A stretch of 33,251 nt of DNA from a virus (lineage: Duplodnaviria > Caudoviricetes): IMG/VR virus record IMGVR_UViG_3300035016_000031; one strand, 5' to 3'. Position 1 is the first letter of the stretch. Every line of letters begins with the position of its first letter. Made by a program: the position numbers and the translations under genes. Of this stretch, positions 8,289-18,030 are shown in pieces. The notes below the pieces were generated by a model, which was given only the letters and a program-made list of their open reading frames with translations, was not told where the DNA came from and did not search any database.

Positions 8289-9041
8289 GTGGAAATCGAA
8301 CCAGTCACGTTCACGTTTGAATATCGGGGTGATGGGCAGGGTGAGGCAGGTGTATTCCCACCCGGCACCGTCGCCTACATGGGTAGGAAACCCATCGTTG
8401 AAAAGACACCTGAGCCTGAGCCGATTGAAAAAGTTAGAAAACAGAGACGTTGGCTCAGGCCAGTCTGTTGGATGATGTTTCTCGGTTCGCTCGTCGTCGC
8501 TGGATGCGTCAACGAGGGGAAGCTCGTACCAGCGAGCAACATCACCGGGGAAAGCATCGTGCGTGCCGACGTTCGACGCACGCACGCCATCAATCAGATT
8601 GAAATCGCCAAACCGCATACCGTTGGGCCGTACGTCGTCAACCTCGACACCGCTACGACCGAACTATTCGCCCAGGGGGACGACCTCAAGGCCGCAGCCG
8701 CAGCGTTGCAGGCCGAACGTGTTGCACACGCAAACACGTTGCACGAGTCGCAGCGGCGGTTCGACGAACTCAAGGCCGATCACGACAAGCTCAATGGCCG
8801 GTGGTTTGTCGTCGTCGGGCAGTACCTCGACGGCATCATCAAATGGATCATGCGATGGTTCTGGTGGCTTTTGACAATCTCGATAGTCCTGCGTGCGGTC
8901 GCACTTGCTTTGCCGGGGCCTGTCGGTGCTGTACTGGCGACGATTTCAACAGTCGGTTTCGGGATTCTCAGCGGTGGCATCAGCCTCATCACCAGTGCCG
9001 CCGACAACTGGTTTTTTAGAAAGATCAAAGGGGGAAGTTGA
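8289..9041 (+). CDS. Membrane protein with lipobox-like signal, coiled coil and C-terminal TM helices (spanin-like?)
   Basis: RKQRRW..MMFLGSLVVAGC; heptad region; hydrophobic C-terminus. Confidence 0.6.
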   Translation: MEIEPVTFTFEYRGDGQGEAGVFPPGTVAYMGRKPIVEKTPEPEPIEKVRKQRRWLRPVCWMMFLGSLVVAGCVNEGKLVPASNITGESIVRADVRRTHAINQIEIAKPHTVGPYVVNLDTATTELFAQGDDLKAAAAALQAERVAHANTLHESQRRFDELKADHDKLNGRWFVVVGQYLDGIIKWIMRWFWWLLTISIVLRAVALALPGPVGAVLATISTVGFGILSGGISLITSAADNWFFRKIKGGS

Positions 9042-10669
9042 TTGCAGAGACTACTCAGCAGATTTACGCAGGGGTTGACGCACTGTCGTCTACAGCGACC
9101 GCACTAGAGGCCGCAAAGGCGACCTTACAGGCCGAGATTGAGGCCCTAAAGGCTCGCCTCCTACCGACTGCCGAATTCGGCACCGCCTCGCCACCAGCAG
9201 CGGCAGTGAAGGACGGCAACGGCACCGTGTGGACGCTGGTAAATGGGCAGATCGCTCGTGACGGCGTAGTCGATCCTGTAACCAATGAGGTCGATGCGAT
9301 CATCGATCTTGCGGGCACGATCTACCAAACCGCACACGGGATGTGGTGGCGCCAAGAGGCTGGGAAGTGGGTCAAGGTATCAACATCGACCCCGCCGCCA
9401 CCTAAACCCGCTCCTGCTCCTGTCTACGACTTCTACGTCAGCATTCTGGGCAGCGACAACGACGCAGGGACGCACGATAAGCCGCTCCAAACCATTCAGA
9501 AGGCCGTAGACCTGTCCAAGGATGGCCAGAGCATTTTTGTCTACAGAGGCTGGTACTACGAGGCCGTCACCATCACTAAGACGATCAAGCTCGTTGGCGA
9601 GTCAGAGGCCGGTGTCGTGCTTGATGGTCATGAGAAGCTCCCCTTTGGTCTGGACCTAAGCAAAAGCAGAAACGCAGAGGTATCCAACCTCACCGTCACC
9701 AAGTATTTCAGCGGTTATCACCCTGACGAGTCAGCCATCAGGGCTGGCTCTGGCTGCATCCTTAAGGACATCACTAGCGAGTTCAACGTCGGCGGTGGAT
9801 GTGCCATCGGCAACGAGATCAATGACACAAAGTTCTACAGGGTGAAGGCGAACGATAATGGGCTGGATGGTTTTCAGGCCGCTCGTTGCGAAGACAACTA
9901 CTTTGAGGACTGCGAAAATCACAGGAACAACTACGGGCACGTCCTGAATGCTGCCAGAGCAGCCAAGGGTGGCTCGTATAAGGATTACGGTGGCGGGAAG
10001 TTTGGCAAGTCCAAGGGGTACGAGGTCAACAAATTCGCCCGTACGCTCAGGCGAAGGATGGTCAGGCACAAGGCGTCTGGAAACAACGGCCTAGACATGT
10101 GGGATGACATCGGCAACGAGGGCGTTCATCTCGTTGACTGTGACATCGACTACTACGCCTATGAGCTTGCCAAGGGTGGGCTGACCATTGAGGGAGGCTC
10201 AGGGCACATCGGCATCTGGGAGTCGGGTAAGTGGAGCGTTGACGGGGGCAAGACGTGGAACTTCACACGTTGGAGCGTGAAAGGCCACAAGTTCAACAAG
10301 CTGGCTCAGGACATCGACCCCAAAGGGTTTGCGATGGAGCTACGTCAGATGTCATGGGAGGGCAAGCCTAAAGAGAGATCGTATGACGATCATCGTACGG
10401 GTGAGAAGGTCCACACGATGTTTGGTGGGGGCGACATCATCGGTTGCACGATCTTGGATGGTCCTTTCCACACTGATGGGAGCATCTTTGGCCATCCGGT
10501 CAAACCGTCTGACCTTGGCATCGTCAGCGATGGCAACCAATTCTCACCAGACAGCAGGGGACTCTGTTGGTTTTTTGGCGGGTACGCCACGGGCCGATGG
10601 AATCTGAAAAAGTGCCAAGAGATGGGCATCGAGAAAAATAGCAAACTGATTTCAAAATCTGCTGCATAG
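9038..10669 (+). CDS. Right-handed beta-helix (pectate-lyase/DUF1565-like) protein
   Basis: FYVS..GSD...GT..KPLQTIQKAVD...G.Y.E; repeated NxxxxNG turns; Pro linker; N-terminal coiled coil. Confidence 0.75.
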   Translation: MIAETTQQIYAGVDALSSTATALEAAKATLQAEIEALKARLLPTAEFGTASPPAAAVKDGNGTVWTLVNGQIARDGVVDPVTNEVDAIIDLAGTIYQTAHGMWWRQEAGKWVKVSTSTPPPPKPAPAPVYDFYVSILGSDNDAGTHDKPLQTIQKAVDLSKDGQSIFVYRGWYYEAVTITKTIKLVGESEAGVVLDGHEKLPFGLDLSKSRNAEVSNLTVTKYFSGYHPDESAIRAGSGCILKDITSEFNVGGGCAIGNEINDTKFYRVKANDNGLDGFQAARCEDNYFEDCENHRNNYGHVLNAARAAKGGSYKDYGGGKFGKSKGYEVNKFARTLRRRMVRHKASGNNGLDMWDDIGNEGVHLVDCDIDYYAYELAKGGLTIEGGSGHIGIWESGKWSVDGGKTWNFTRWSVKGHKFNKLAQDIDPKGFAMELRQMSWEGKPKERSYDDHRTGEKVHTMFGGGDIIGCTILDGPFHTDGSIFGHPVKPSDLGIVSDGNQFSPDSRGLCWFFGGYATGRWNLKKCQEMGIEKNSKLISKSAA

Positions 10670-10675
10670 ATACTC
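10656..10675 (+). promoter_or_regulatory. Class-2 motif AATCTGCnnCATAGATACTC
   Basis: 18/20 identical to 6092-6111; ~21 bp before ATG 10697. Confidence 0.6.
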
Positions 10676-10696
10676 GGTTAAGACAATAGGAGGTCT

Positions 10697-10873
10697 ATGA
10701 GCGAAAGAGTCAAAACGACGAAACGAGAGATATTCGAGTTGTCGGTATTAGAGCGGCAAGTGCTGGCACCGAAAGAAATGAGGTCAGTTGTGAAGCTCGT
10801 AACGAGAGCACAGTTGCAAGCGGTCGCAGCACGGGCAAAGGCCCGTCGAGCTAAGGGGGTGGATGTCGTGTAA
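10697..10873 (+). CDS. Small basic protein (58 aa; not in the ORF track)
   Basis: AGGAGG RBS; MSERVKTTKREIFE...ARRAKGVDVV; overlaps the MTase start. Confidence 0.55.
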   Translation: MSERVKTTKREIFELSVLERQVLAPKEMRSVVKLVTRAQLQAVAARAKARRAKGVDVV

Positions 10874-11747
10874 TGTCTTGAGCCTTTTTGACGGCCTCGG
10901 GGGGACTCGCCTAGCTCTTCACAAGCTCGGCATCACGCCCACAAACTATTTCAGCAGCGAAATCGACCGTCACGCAATGGCTGTATCAGCAGCCAACTTT
11001 GCCGACATCGAACAGATCGGTGATGTCTGCAAGGTCGCTGAGATGCCAGTGCCGATTGACCTCATGGTGTTCGGTTCACCATGCACTGACCTGTCGAGCC
11101 TCAACAGGAAGAAAGAGGGACTAAAGGGGCAGCACTCCTCACTCTTCTACGAGGCGTTGCGAATCCTACGTGAGGTCAAGCCTCGCTTTTGGATGATGGA
11201 AAACGTCGCCTCGATGAGCAAGGTGAACCGTGATGCGATCAGCGCAGAGCTAGGCGTCGAGCCGGTACTCATCAACTCCGCACTCATGACGGCTCAGCGT
11301 CGTCGTCGGTACTACTGGTGCAACTGGCAAGTCACTCAGCCAGAGGATCATGGTATCAGACTGGCCGACATCCTCGACCCTGAGCATTTTCGAACTTATC
11401 CACGTTATCGAATGATGGATTATAAATTTAAGGATGGCCGCACCCGGTGGGACCAAGGCTGGCATAACGACACCGACCACGATAAGGCCGGTGCCCTTAC
11501 GACCGCATGCAGGGGCGACCCGTCGTCAATGCTCATCGACCGTAGGCATTACCTGATGCCCATCGTTCGACGGTTTACGCCTCACGAGGTCGAGCGGTTG
11601 CAAGGTGTACCCGACGACTACACCGCAGCGGCAAGCGAGTCGCAGCGTTACAGGATGCTCGGTAATGGGTTCACCATTCCCGTCATCGCTCACCTGCTCG
11701 CACCGATTGCACAGGAGCTTAAGGGGACGAAAGCGAGGGCAGCATAA
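10863..11747 (+). CDS. DNA (cytosine-5)-methyltransferase
   Basis: SLFDGLGG, GSPC, ENV, QRRRRYYW, RRFTPHEVERLQG, LGNG. Confidence 0.93.
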   Translation: MSCNVLSLFDGLGGTRLALHKLGITPTNYFSSEIDRHAMAVSAANFADIEQIGDVCKVAEMPVPIDLMVFGSPCTDLSSLNRKKEGLKGQHSSLFYEALRILREVKPRFWMMENVASMSKVNRDAISAELGVEPVLINSALMTAQRRRRYYWCNWQVTQPEDHGIRLADILDPEHFRTYPRYRMMDYKFKDGRTRWDQGWHNDTDHDKAGALTTACRGDPSSMLIDRRHYLMPIVRRFTPHEVERLQGVPDDYTAAASESQRYRMLGNGFTIPVIAHLLAPIAQELKGTKARAA

Positions 11748-11995
11748 TGAATCAGATCAATCCAGAACCTTTGTGCGTCATGGCATCAGAGTACATGCGC
11801 CACAGGAACGAACTCACCGACGAGGAACGCAGGGCGATCCTCAACGCTATCAAGGTGATGACGATTCCCGGTCCTGCACTTGCCATTGCGCCGAACGCAG
11901 AGGCGGTGAACACGTTCCTTGAGGGTTGGCTTGGGAACTGGCGACACGTCGAAATGCCTGAAAAACAGGCAAAATCGGTCACTTTGGCAGGGTAG
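11747..11995 (+). CDS. Hypothetical protein
   Basis: TAATG coupling to the MTase gene. Confidence 0.55.
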   Translation: MNQINPEPLCVMASEYMRHRNELTDEERRAILNAIKVMTIPGPALAIAPNAEAVNTFLEGWLGNWRHVEMPEKQAKSVTLAG

Positions 11996-12338
11996 GGGGG
12001 CATAACAATCCTTTGACCGGGGGTGGGATCATTGAAGTTGGCGAGATCAATTATCAAGCGATACCAGCGCCGCCAACTTAAATGACCCGCTACGGGCCGC
12101 TAGGACGCACCAGGGCGACGACGAGCAACAGGGGCGGCACTCGTGTCGTCGAGTAAATCAAACGCAGCAGCGAGCCACAGAGGGGGCGTTATTAAACCCA
12201 ACTTGCGAGTGACCGCCGAACTGGTGCCGCTCATCGAGCGGCTGCTCGTCGAGGGAGCGTTGGACGATTACGAGGTCGAGCGGGACGGCCTGAGCATCGA
12301 CGGCCTGCACTGTTGGTTGCTAAAGCCGAGGGGGAACG

Positions 12339-12815
12339 ATGGGGACGACGACGAGAACGCTAACGACCGCTGAGCTTTGCGACCTGCTCGACATTGACGA
12401 GTCAACCGTCAAGCGATGGGTGGCCAAGGGTTGCCCGCACGACAAGAGCGGCAAGGGCAAGGCTCGGCAGTTCGACGAGGGGGAAGTCGTCGCATGGATG
12501 AAGTCACAGGGCCTCACCGGTGAACGGGGCAGGCCGAAGGAACTCATCAGCCCTACGTTGGAAGCGGCACGCATCAGGAAAGAGAACGCCCTCGCAGAGC
12601 GATACGAGATCATGGTTGCACGAGATAAGGGCGTGCTCGTCGAGGCCGCAGCGGTCGAGGCCGACAACGTGCAAAAGTTCGTGACGGTCAAAAATCGACT
12701 GCTCGGCATCTCAGCATCGCTGGCGCCAAGCCTCGTCGGCCTCGACGCACCGGCAATTGAGAAGTTGCTCGACGCACAGATCAGGGACGTACTACAGGGA
12801 CTTAGTAAGGCATAA
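12339..12815 (+). CDS. Terminase small subunit (lambda Nu1-like)
   Basis: N-terminal HTH AELCDLLDIDESTVKRWVAKGCP...FDEGEVVAW, then coiled coil; upstream of terL. Confidence 0.85.
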   Translation: MGTTTRTLTTAELCDLLDIDESTVKRWVAKGCPHDKSGKGKARQFDEGEVVAWMKSQGLTGERGRPKELISPTLEAARIRKENALAERYEIMVARDKGVLVEAAAVEADNVQKFVTVKNRLLGISASLAPSLVGLDAPAIEKLLDAQIRDVLQGLSKA

Positions 12816-12817
12816 CT

Positions 12818-13069
12818 ATGATTGACTGGCTCGACTACGTGGAACACATCAACGACGACAAGCCGATGCCGGCAACGCCAACCCGAAACTACTGGCTCGA
12901 CGTTGTGCTCATGGAGGAAATCATAGGTTGGTGCGAGGACGAAAACACCAAGCTGGCCGCAATCGGTGCGTCGTTCAAGTGGTACACCGTCACGATTGCA
13001 TCGGCTCCCGTGTCGATGGTGCTGGCCGATGGGGCGCAGGTGCTTTCGGTTGAAAACGTCTGGCAGTGA
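12818..13069 (+). CDS. Hypothetical protein between terS and terL
   Basis: 83-aa ORF filling the gap tightly. Confidence 0.5.
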   Translation: MIDWLDYVEHINDDKPMPATPTRNYWLDVVLMEEIIGWCEDENTKLAAIGASFKWYTVTIASAPVSMVLADGAQVLSVENVWQ

Positions 13070-13079
13070 TTGGGGGTGA

Positions 13080-14957
13080 GTGGGGAGAGTATTCACCGAA
13101 AAAGAACGTGCTGCATGGGCACCGCCCGAACGGCTCACGCCCACTCAATGGGCAGATGCGAATCGCTACCTGCCATCGAGCGTGGCGGCAGAGCCGGGCC
13201 GCTACCGTTCGTCTCGCACGCCGTACATCGCTGGCATCATCGATGCCGTCACTGAGGATGTTGAGGAGATCGTCATTCTCAAAGCGGCTCAGCTTGGCTT
13301 TACCACTGCCCTGCAATCGCTCATCGGTTGGGCCATCGATCAAGAGCCAGCACCTGCCCTGCTCGTGATGCCGTCGCAAGATGAAGCTCGCAAGGTTGTC
13401 GAGGAAAACCTCAAGCCACTCATCGAGTTCACGCCCTCAATCAAAGCACATCTGACGGGCGAAAAGTGGGACATCACCAAAGAGGCCCTGCGGTTCGATT
13501 CGATGCCGCTCTATCTCGGTTGGGCAGGCAGCCCTCAGAGCCTTGCCCGTCGAGCCTGTCGGTACATCTTTTTAGACGAGGTTGATAAGTACCCTGCCTT
13601 TTCGGGTCGAGACGCTGACCCGATCAGCTTGGCCAGAGCCAGAGCCAGAACTTACCTGCACCGCAAGCGAATCGTCATCGGCTCGACGCCCACGACCCGT
13701 GAGGGTGCGATTTACAAGGCGTATCAGGATTGCGGGGACCGCCGCCGGTATCACGTCCCTTGTACTCATTGCCACGAGTATCAGGCCCTCGACTTTCAAC
13801 AGGTCAAGTTCAATCACGACGACGACGACAAGATCAAACGTGCCGACCACATCGAGGCCACGCAATGCAGCTACTACGAGTGTGTGCATTGCGAGCAGGC
13901 CATCACCGATCAACACAAACCGGCGATGCTCCTGCGTGGCGTGTGGCTCAGCGAGGGGCAGAGCATCGACATCGACGGCACCGTCACCGGCCTGCGTCCA
14001 AAGGCCAAGCGGGTTGGGTTTCAGATATCGGCGTTGTACAGCCCTTGGGTTTCGTTCTCGGCAATGGCCGCACAGTTCATCCGGTCAATCGGCGATGTCG
14101 GCATGATGATGGAGTTTCGTAATCAGTGGCTTGCAGAAGTATTCGAACACCTTGCCACCACTGTAAAGGTGTCTGACCTCAGTGCCGACATCGAGACGGC
14201 ACCGGCACCGCTCGTCGTGCCGAAGTGGGCAGCGGTGCTCACGGCAACCGCTGACGTACACGGCGACGGCAAGGGGTTTTACTACGGCGTACGAGCGTGG
14301 GGTAACGGCTACAGATCGCAGTTGATCCATCACGGCATAACGCACGACCTCGACGAGCTACGGGAGCAATGTCTCAATCGCCCGTACAAACTCGACGGGT
14401 GGGACGACTATCTGATGCCCGTCCTGATGCTCATCGACTCAGGCTATCGCACCGACGAGATATACAACTTTTGCGGCACCGACACCCGTATCAGGCCGGT
14501 CAAAGGTGCCAGCACCAAACCAAAGCAAACTATCTCGTGGGGCATCGTCGCCAAAGAGCTTGGCATAACGCTCGCCATCCTCGATACCGACTATTTCAAG
14601 GATCGGTTGCTATCGCTCAGGCATGAGGGAAAGTGGGGCATCAACGCAGCGGTTGGCGATATCTACCTCAAGCATCTGGCGGCAGAGCACAAAGTCATCG
14701 ACCGTCGAACCGGGGCAATGAGTTGGGAACTCGTATCGAGCAGCGCCGCCAATCACTACCTTGACGTTGAGGTTTACCAGTGTGCCGCCGCTGACGTGGT
14801 TGGGGCATCGGTCCTGCCGAGCGAGCCAGAGCTTGAGGCACAGCGGCAGCACGTACAACTCATGCGACAGCAGGCCGCTGAGCCACAACACAAACCCAAC
14901 TCGATGAGGATGCGACCGAGCAAATGGTTACAGACCTCGAATCGTTGGATGGGCTGA
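13080..14957 (+). CDS. Terminase large subunit (lambda GpA family)
   Basis: RTPY, KAAQLGFT, FLDEVDKY, STPT, VPCTHC / YECVHC, TADV, IDSG, NHYLD. Confidence 0.95.
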   Translation: MGRVFTEKERAAWAPPERLTPTQWADANRYLPSSVAAEPGRYRSSRTPYIAGIIDAVTEDVEEIVILKAAQLGFTTALQSLIGWAIDQEPAPALLVMPSQDEARKVVEENLKPLIEFTPSIKAHLTGEKWDITKEALRFDSMPLYLGWAGSPQSLARRACRYIFLDEVDKYPAFSGRDADPISLARARARTYLHRKRIVIGSTPTTREGAIYKAYQDCGDRRRYHVPCTHCHEYQALDFQQVKFNHDDDDKIKRADHIEATQCSYYECVHCEQAITDQHKPAMLLRGVWLSEGQSIDIDGTVTGLRPKAKRVGFQISALYSPWVSFSAMAAQFIRSIGDVGMMMEFRNQWLAEVFEHLATTVKVSDLSADIETAPAPLVVPKWAAVLTATADVHGDGKGFYYGVRAWGNGYRSQLIHHGITHDLDELREQCLNRPYKLDGWDDYLMPVLMLIDSGYRTDEIYNFCGTDTRIRPVKGASTKPKQTISWGIVAKELGITLAILDTDYFKDRLLSLRHEGKWGINAAVGDIYLKHLAAEHKVIDRRTGAMSWELVSSSAANHYLDVEVYQCAAADVVGASVLPSEPELEAQRQHVQLMRQQAAEPQHKPNSMRMRPSKWLQTSNRWMG

Positions 14958-14995
14958 TTGGACAGCGGGGGCAACGAGGCTATTTATACCGGTGG
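14958..14995 (+). promoter_or_regulatory. Class-1 (late) promoter motif, copy 2
   Basis: TTGGACAG-N12-GGCTATTTATACCGGTGG. Confidence 0.7.
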
Positions 14996-15001
14996 GGGAT
15001 C

Positions 15002-15232
15002 ATGGCAGAACCAACGTACGCAGAACTTTTAGCAGTTTACAAATCGGCCCTGCTGACCATCTCGACGGGGCAGGCGTACACGATGCCCGGCGGTCGCAGC
15101 CTGACCCGTGCGAGCCTGAGCGAAGTACGTGAAACCATCGCATGGTTGCAAAACGAGATCGCCCGTGAAGAGCAGGCCGAATCAGAAGACGACGAAACAG
15201 GAACCGGCATCGTGCTGGCCCGGTTCAACTAA
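15002..15232 (+). CDS. gpW-like head-tail joining protein
   Basis: GQAYTMPGGRSLTRASLSEV; located between terL and portal. Confidence 0.75.
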   Translation: MAEPTYAELLAVYKSALLTISTGQAYTMPGGRSLTRASLSEVRETIAWLQNEIAREEQAESEDDETGTGIVLARFN

Positions 15233-15244
15233 GTAAGGGGGGCG

Positions 15245-16678
15245 GTGGGGCAATCGAACTGGCTCGATAGCACAATCAGTTTCGTCTCTCCTACGTGGGG
15301 GGCCAAGCGACAGCAGGCACGTACAGCAGGCCAGATACTCGGCAGCTACAGCGGTGCCGTGCCGACACGCCTATCGACCGCTTGGCCCGGCTCGACGCAA
15401 TCGGGCATTCAATATCAGATCGCAAACTCCTACGCACTGTCGCAGATGCGTAATCGTGCGAGGCAGCTTGAGCGAAACAACATCATTGCTGACGGGTTGC
15501 TCAACCGCTGCGTCGATAACGTCATCGGCACCGGGTTCGAACTGCAATCGACCACCGATGACAACGAATGGAACAAAAAGGCAGAGGGCCTGTTTTACGA
15601 TTGGTTCGATACCGCCGACATCACGGGGCTAACGTGGGCCGAGCATCAGCGGCTTGTATTTCGCTCGCACATTCGTGACGGCGACGTTGGCAGCATCCTC
15701 CTGCGAGAGGGCCGATTGCAGGCCATTGAATCTGACCTGATTTCTACGCCTACCGGTCGCAACGACGACAGCATCATCGACGGCGTTGGACTCAATCAAT
15801 ACAACCGGCCTACTCGCTTTTTCATCGCTGCTGTCGGGACCAACGGCAACGAGGTACACCGAGCCGTTGACGCAAACGACTTCGTTTTCCTTCCACGCCT
15901 TAAGCGGCTCAATCAGGTTCGTGGCGAGTCGGCATTCACGCAGAGCTTTGGGCTATTCGATCAACTCGACGGGTATATCGAGGCCGTCATCGTCGCAGCG
16001 AGAATGGCCGCTTGCTTCGGCGTTGCGATCACCAAAGCACAGCCGAACCAATTCTTAAACAACTTGGGCACGACCGGCAACCGACAGGGACAACAGCAGC
16101 GAGAGATGGGGTTTGAGCCGGGCATGATGCCGGTGCTTGAACCGGGCGAAAGCATCACCACGATCAACCCAAGCCAGCCGCAACAGAGCTTCCCTGACTC
16201 CCTCACCATGTTCATGCGTCTCTTGGGCCTTAGCTTGGGTATGCCGATTGAACTCGTGCTGCTCGACTTTTCACGTACGAGCTATGCGAGTGCTAGGGCC
16301 TCGATGATCCAAGCCTATCGATCGTTCGAATCGATGCAAAAGCTGATGACCGATAGGTATCTCGCTCGCATCTACCGATGGCGAGTTTCCAAATTCATCA
16401 ACGACGGCCAACTGCCTGCACGACCCGATGCGTTTGAGCATCGCTGGATTGCACCACAGTGGCCGTACCTCGACCCGATCAAGGAACTGCAAGCGATGCA
16501 GATGAGCATTGACGTTGGCACCGAGACGCTGGCATCTGTGCTGACGAGTCAGGGTAAGGATTGGGATGAGATGGTGACGCAGCGTAAGGCCGAACTCGAC
16601 GCCCTGCGTGCCGGTGGCATCCCGATATATCACAGCGCTGCCATGCAGACGCTCGACCAACGAGGGGAGGCAGCGTGA
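15245..16678 (+). CDS. Portal protein (lambda family)
   Basis: MRNRARQLERNN, VDNVIGTG, RDGD, QVRGES, DFSRTSYASARA, YLDPIKE. Confidence 0.93.
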   Translation: MGQSNWLDSTISFVSPTWGAKRQQARTAGQILGSYSGAVPTRLSTAWPGSTQSGIQYQIANSYALSQMRNRARQLERNNIIADGLLNRCVDNVIGTGFELQSTTDDNEWNKKAEGLFYDWFDTADITGLTWAEHQRLVFRSHIRDGDVGSILLREGRLQAIESDLISTPTGRNDDSIIDGVGLNQYNRPTRFFIAAVGTNGNEVHRAVDANDFVFLPRLKRLNQVRGESAFTQSFGLFDQLDGYIEAVIVAARMAACFGVAITKAQPNQFLNNLGTTGNRQGQQQREMGFEPGMMPVLEPGESITTINPSQPQQSFPDSLTMFMRLLGLSLGMPIELVLLDFSRTSYASARASMIQAYRSFESMQKLMTDRYLARIYRWRVSKFINDGQLPARPDAFEHRWIAPQWPYLDPIKELQAMQMSIDVGTETLASVLTSQGKDWDEMVTQRKAELDALRAGGIPIYHSAAMQTLDQRGEAA

Positions 16679-18012
16679 ACAAATTGATTAACGGCAGCCT
16701 ATGGGCGATGCACGAGCCGGCACTCATGGCGATGGCTGAGGCAGAGCTACCACAACAGGCACAGGCCGAACCGCAGGAGCGTGAGCCTTATCAGGTCATC
16801 GGCGGCGTTGCCGTAATGACCCTCGTGGGACTCGTCGCCAAGTATGACGACATCTACCTCGAATACTTTGGTGGCACCGCTACGACCGAGTTGCTGAAAA
16901 ATCTTTCGACCGCTTTGGACGACGAGTCGGTGAAGGCTATTTGTATCTATGTGGACTCACCGGGGGGTGAGGTCAGCGGCACCGATCAACTGGCTCAGGC
17001 CGTTGCAGCGGCGAACAAGCGAAAGCCGGTGACGGCATATATCTCTGACCTTGGTGCGAGTGCAGCCTATTGGGTGGCATCGCAGGCCGGCCAAGTGTTT
17101 GCGAACCGCACGGCGTTCGTCGGCAGTATCGGCGTGTACACCGTGATGTACGACACGAGCACGCTGTACGAAAAGGCCGGGATCGTGCCGAAGCTCGTCA
17201 AGGCTGGTAGCCAAAAGGGTACGGGCGTCGAGGGACTGCCGATCAGTGATGAGCAGCTTGCCGACGTGCAAAGAACGATTGACAACGTGTACACGCTGTT
17301 TGTCGAGGCCGTGGCGACGGGGCGGGGAATGAGTGAAGGCGATGCATTGAACGTCGCAACGGGCCAAGTTTGGGTTGCCAGTGACGCCTTAAAGATGGGC
17401 CTTATCGACGGTATCGATACCGTCGAAAACGTAATCAGAAAACTGAGTGGGAACGACGTAAAGGAAATAATCAAGATGCCTGAAAACGAACTGACGAGCG
17501 ATGAACTAGCCAAAGCCAAAGCCAGCGTCGAGGTCGAGGTTGCCGTGACCGTCGAGGATGACGAACACGACGACGAAGACGAAAAGGAAAACGAGGATCA
17601 AGAGGCTGAGCAGGACGAAGACGACGAAGCTAAGGCCAGCATCGAAACGAAGATCAAAGCCGCTGCTACCGACGCATACGCTGAGGCGCAGCGACACGAG
17701 CAGGAACGATTCAAGGCCCTTGTGAGCCTCTGCAAAGATCGGCCAAGTTTCGCCGTCGAGCAGTACATCAAGGGGCACGATTTGGGCAAGGCAACCGCAG
17801 AGTATGCGGCCCTGCTCAAGAACGAAAACGATTCGCTGCGTGGCGGCGTGTCGGTGGGAGCAGAGCCGGTGGCTATTGCTCCTAAGCGTGATGGCGTTGC
17901 CAGCACCCGTGAGGAGTTCGAGCGGGAATGGGACGCAAGCACAGAGTTGCAGAAACAGTTTGGTAGCAAGGCGAATTACGCCTCGTACAAGCTGTACGAG
18001 TTGAACAAGTAA
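16675..18012 (+). CDS. S49 head maturation protease with C-terminal scaffold region (lambda gpC-like)
   Basis: VDSPGG, ASAAYWVAS, VGSIGV, GLIDGI; acidic/helical tail. Confidence 0.9.
   Translation: MNKLINGSLWAMHEPALMAMAEAELPQQAQAEPQEREPYQVIGGVAVMTLVGLVAKYDDIYLEYFGGTATTELLKNLSTALDDESVKAICIYVDSPGGEVSGTDQLAQAVAAANKRKPVTAYISDLGASAAYWVASQAGQVFANRTAFVGSIGVYTVMYDTSTLYEKAGIVPKLVKAGSQKGTGVEGLPISDEQLADVQRTIDNVYTLFVEAVATGRGMSEGDALNVATGQVWVASDALKMGLIDGIDTVENVIRKLSGNDVKEIIKMPENELTSDELAKAKASVEVEVAVTVEDDEHDDEDEKENEDQEAEQDEDDEAKASIETKIKAAATDAYAEAQRHEQERFKALVSLCKDRPSFAVEQYIKGHDLGKATAEYAALLKNENDSLRGGVSVGAEPVAIAPKRDGVASTREEFEREWDASTELQKQFGSKANYASYKLYELNK
16915..16945 (+). promoter_or_regulatory. Class-1 (late) promoter motif, copy 3 (intragenic)
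   Basis: TTGGACG (16915) ... GGCTATTTGTA (16935). Confidence 0.6.
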
Positions 18013-18030
18013 ACAAGTGATTGGGGGACA

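Noticed and set aside
14981-14988. T4-type late promoter TATAAATA on the minus strand (also 23407-23414)
   Set aside because: Antisense to the genes; better explained as the -10 part of the plus-strand bipartite motif
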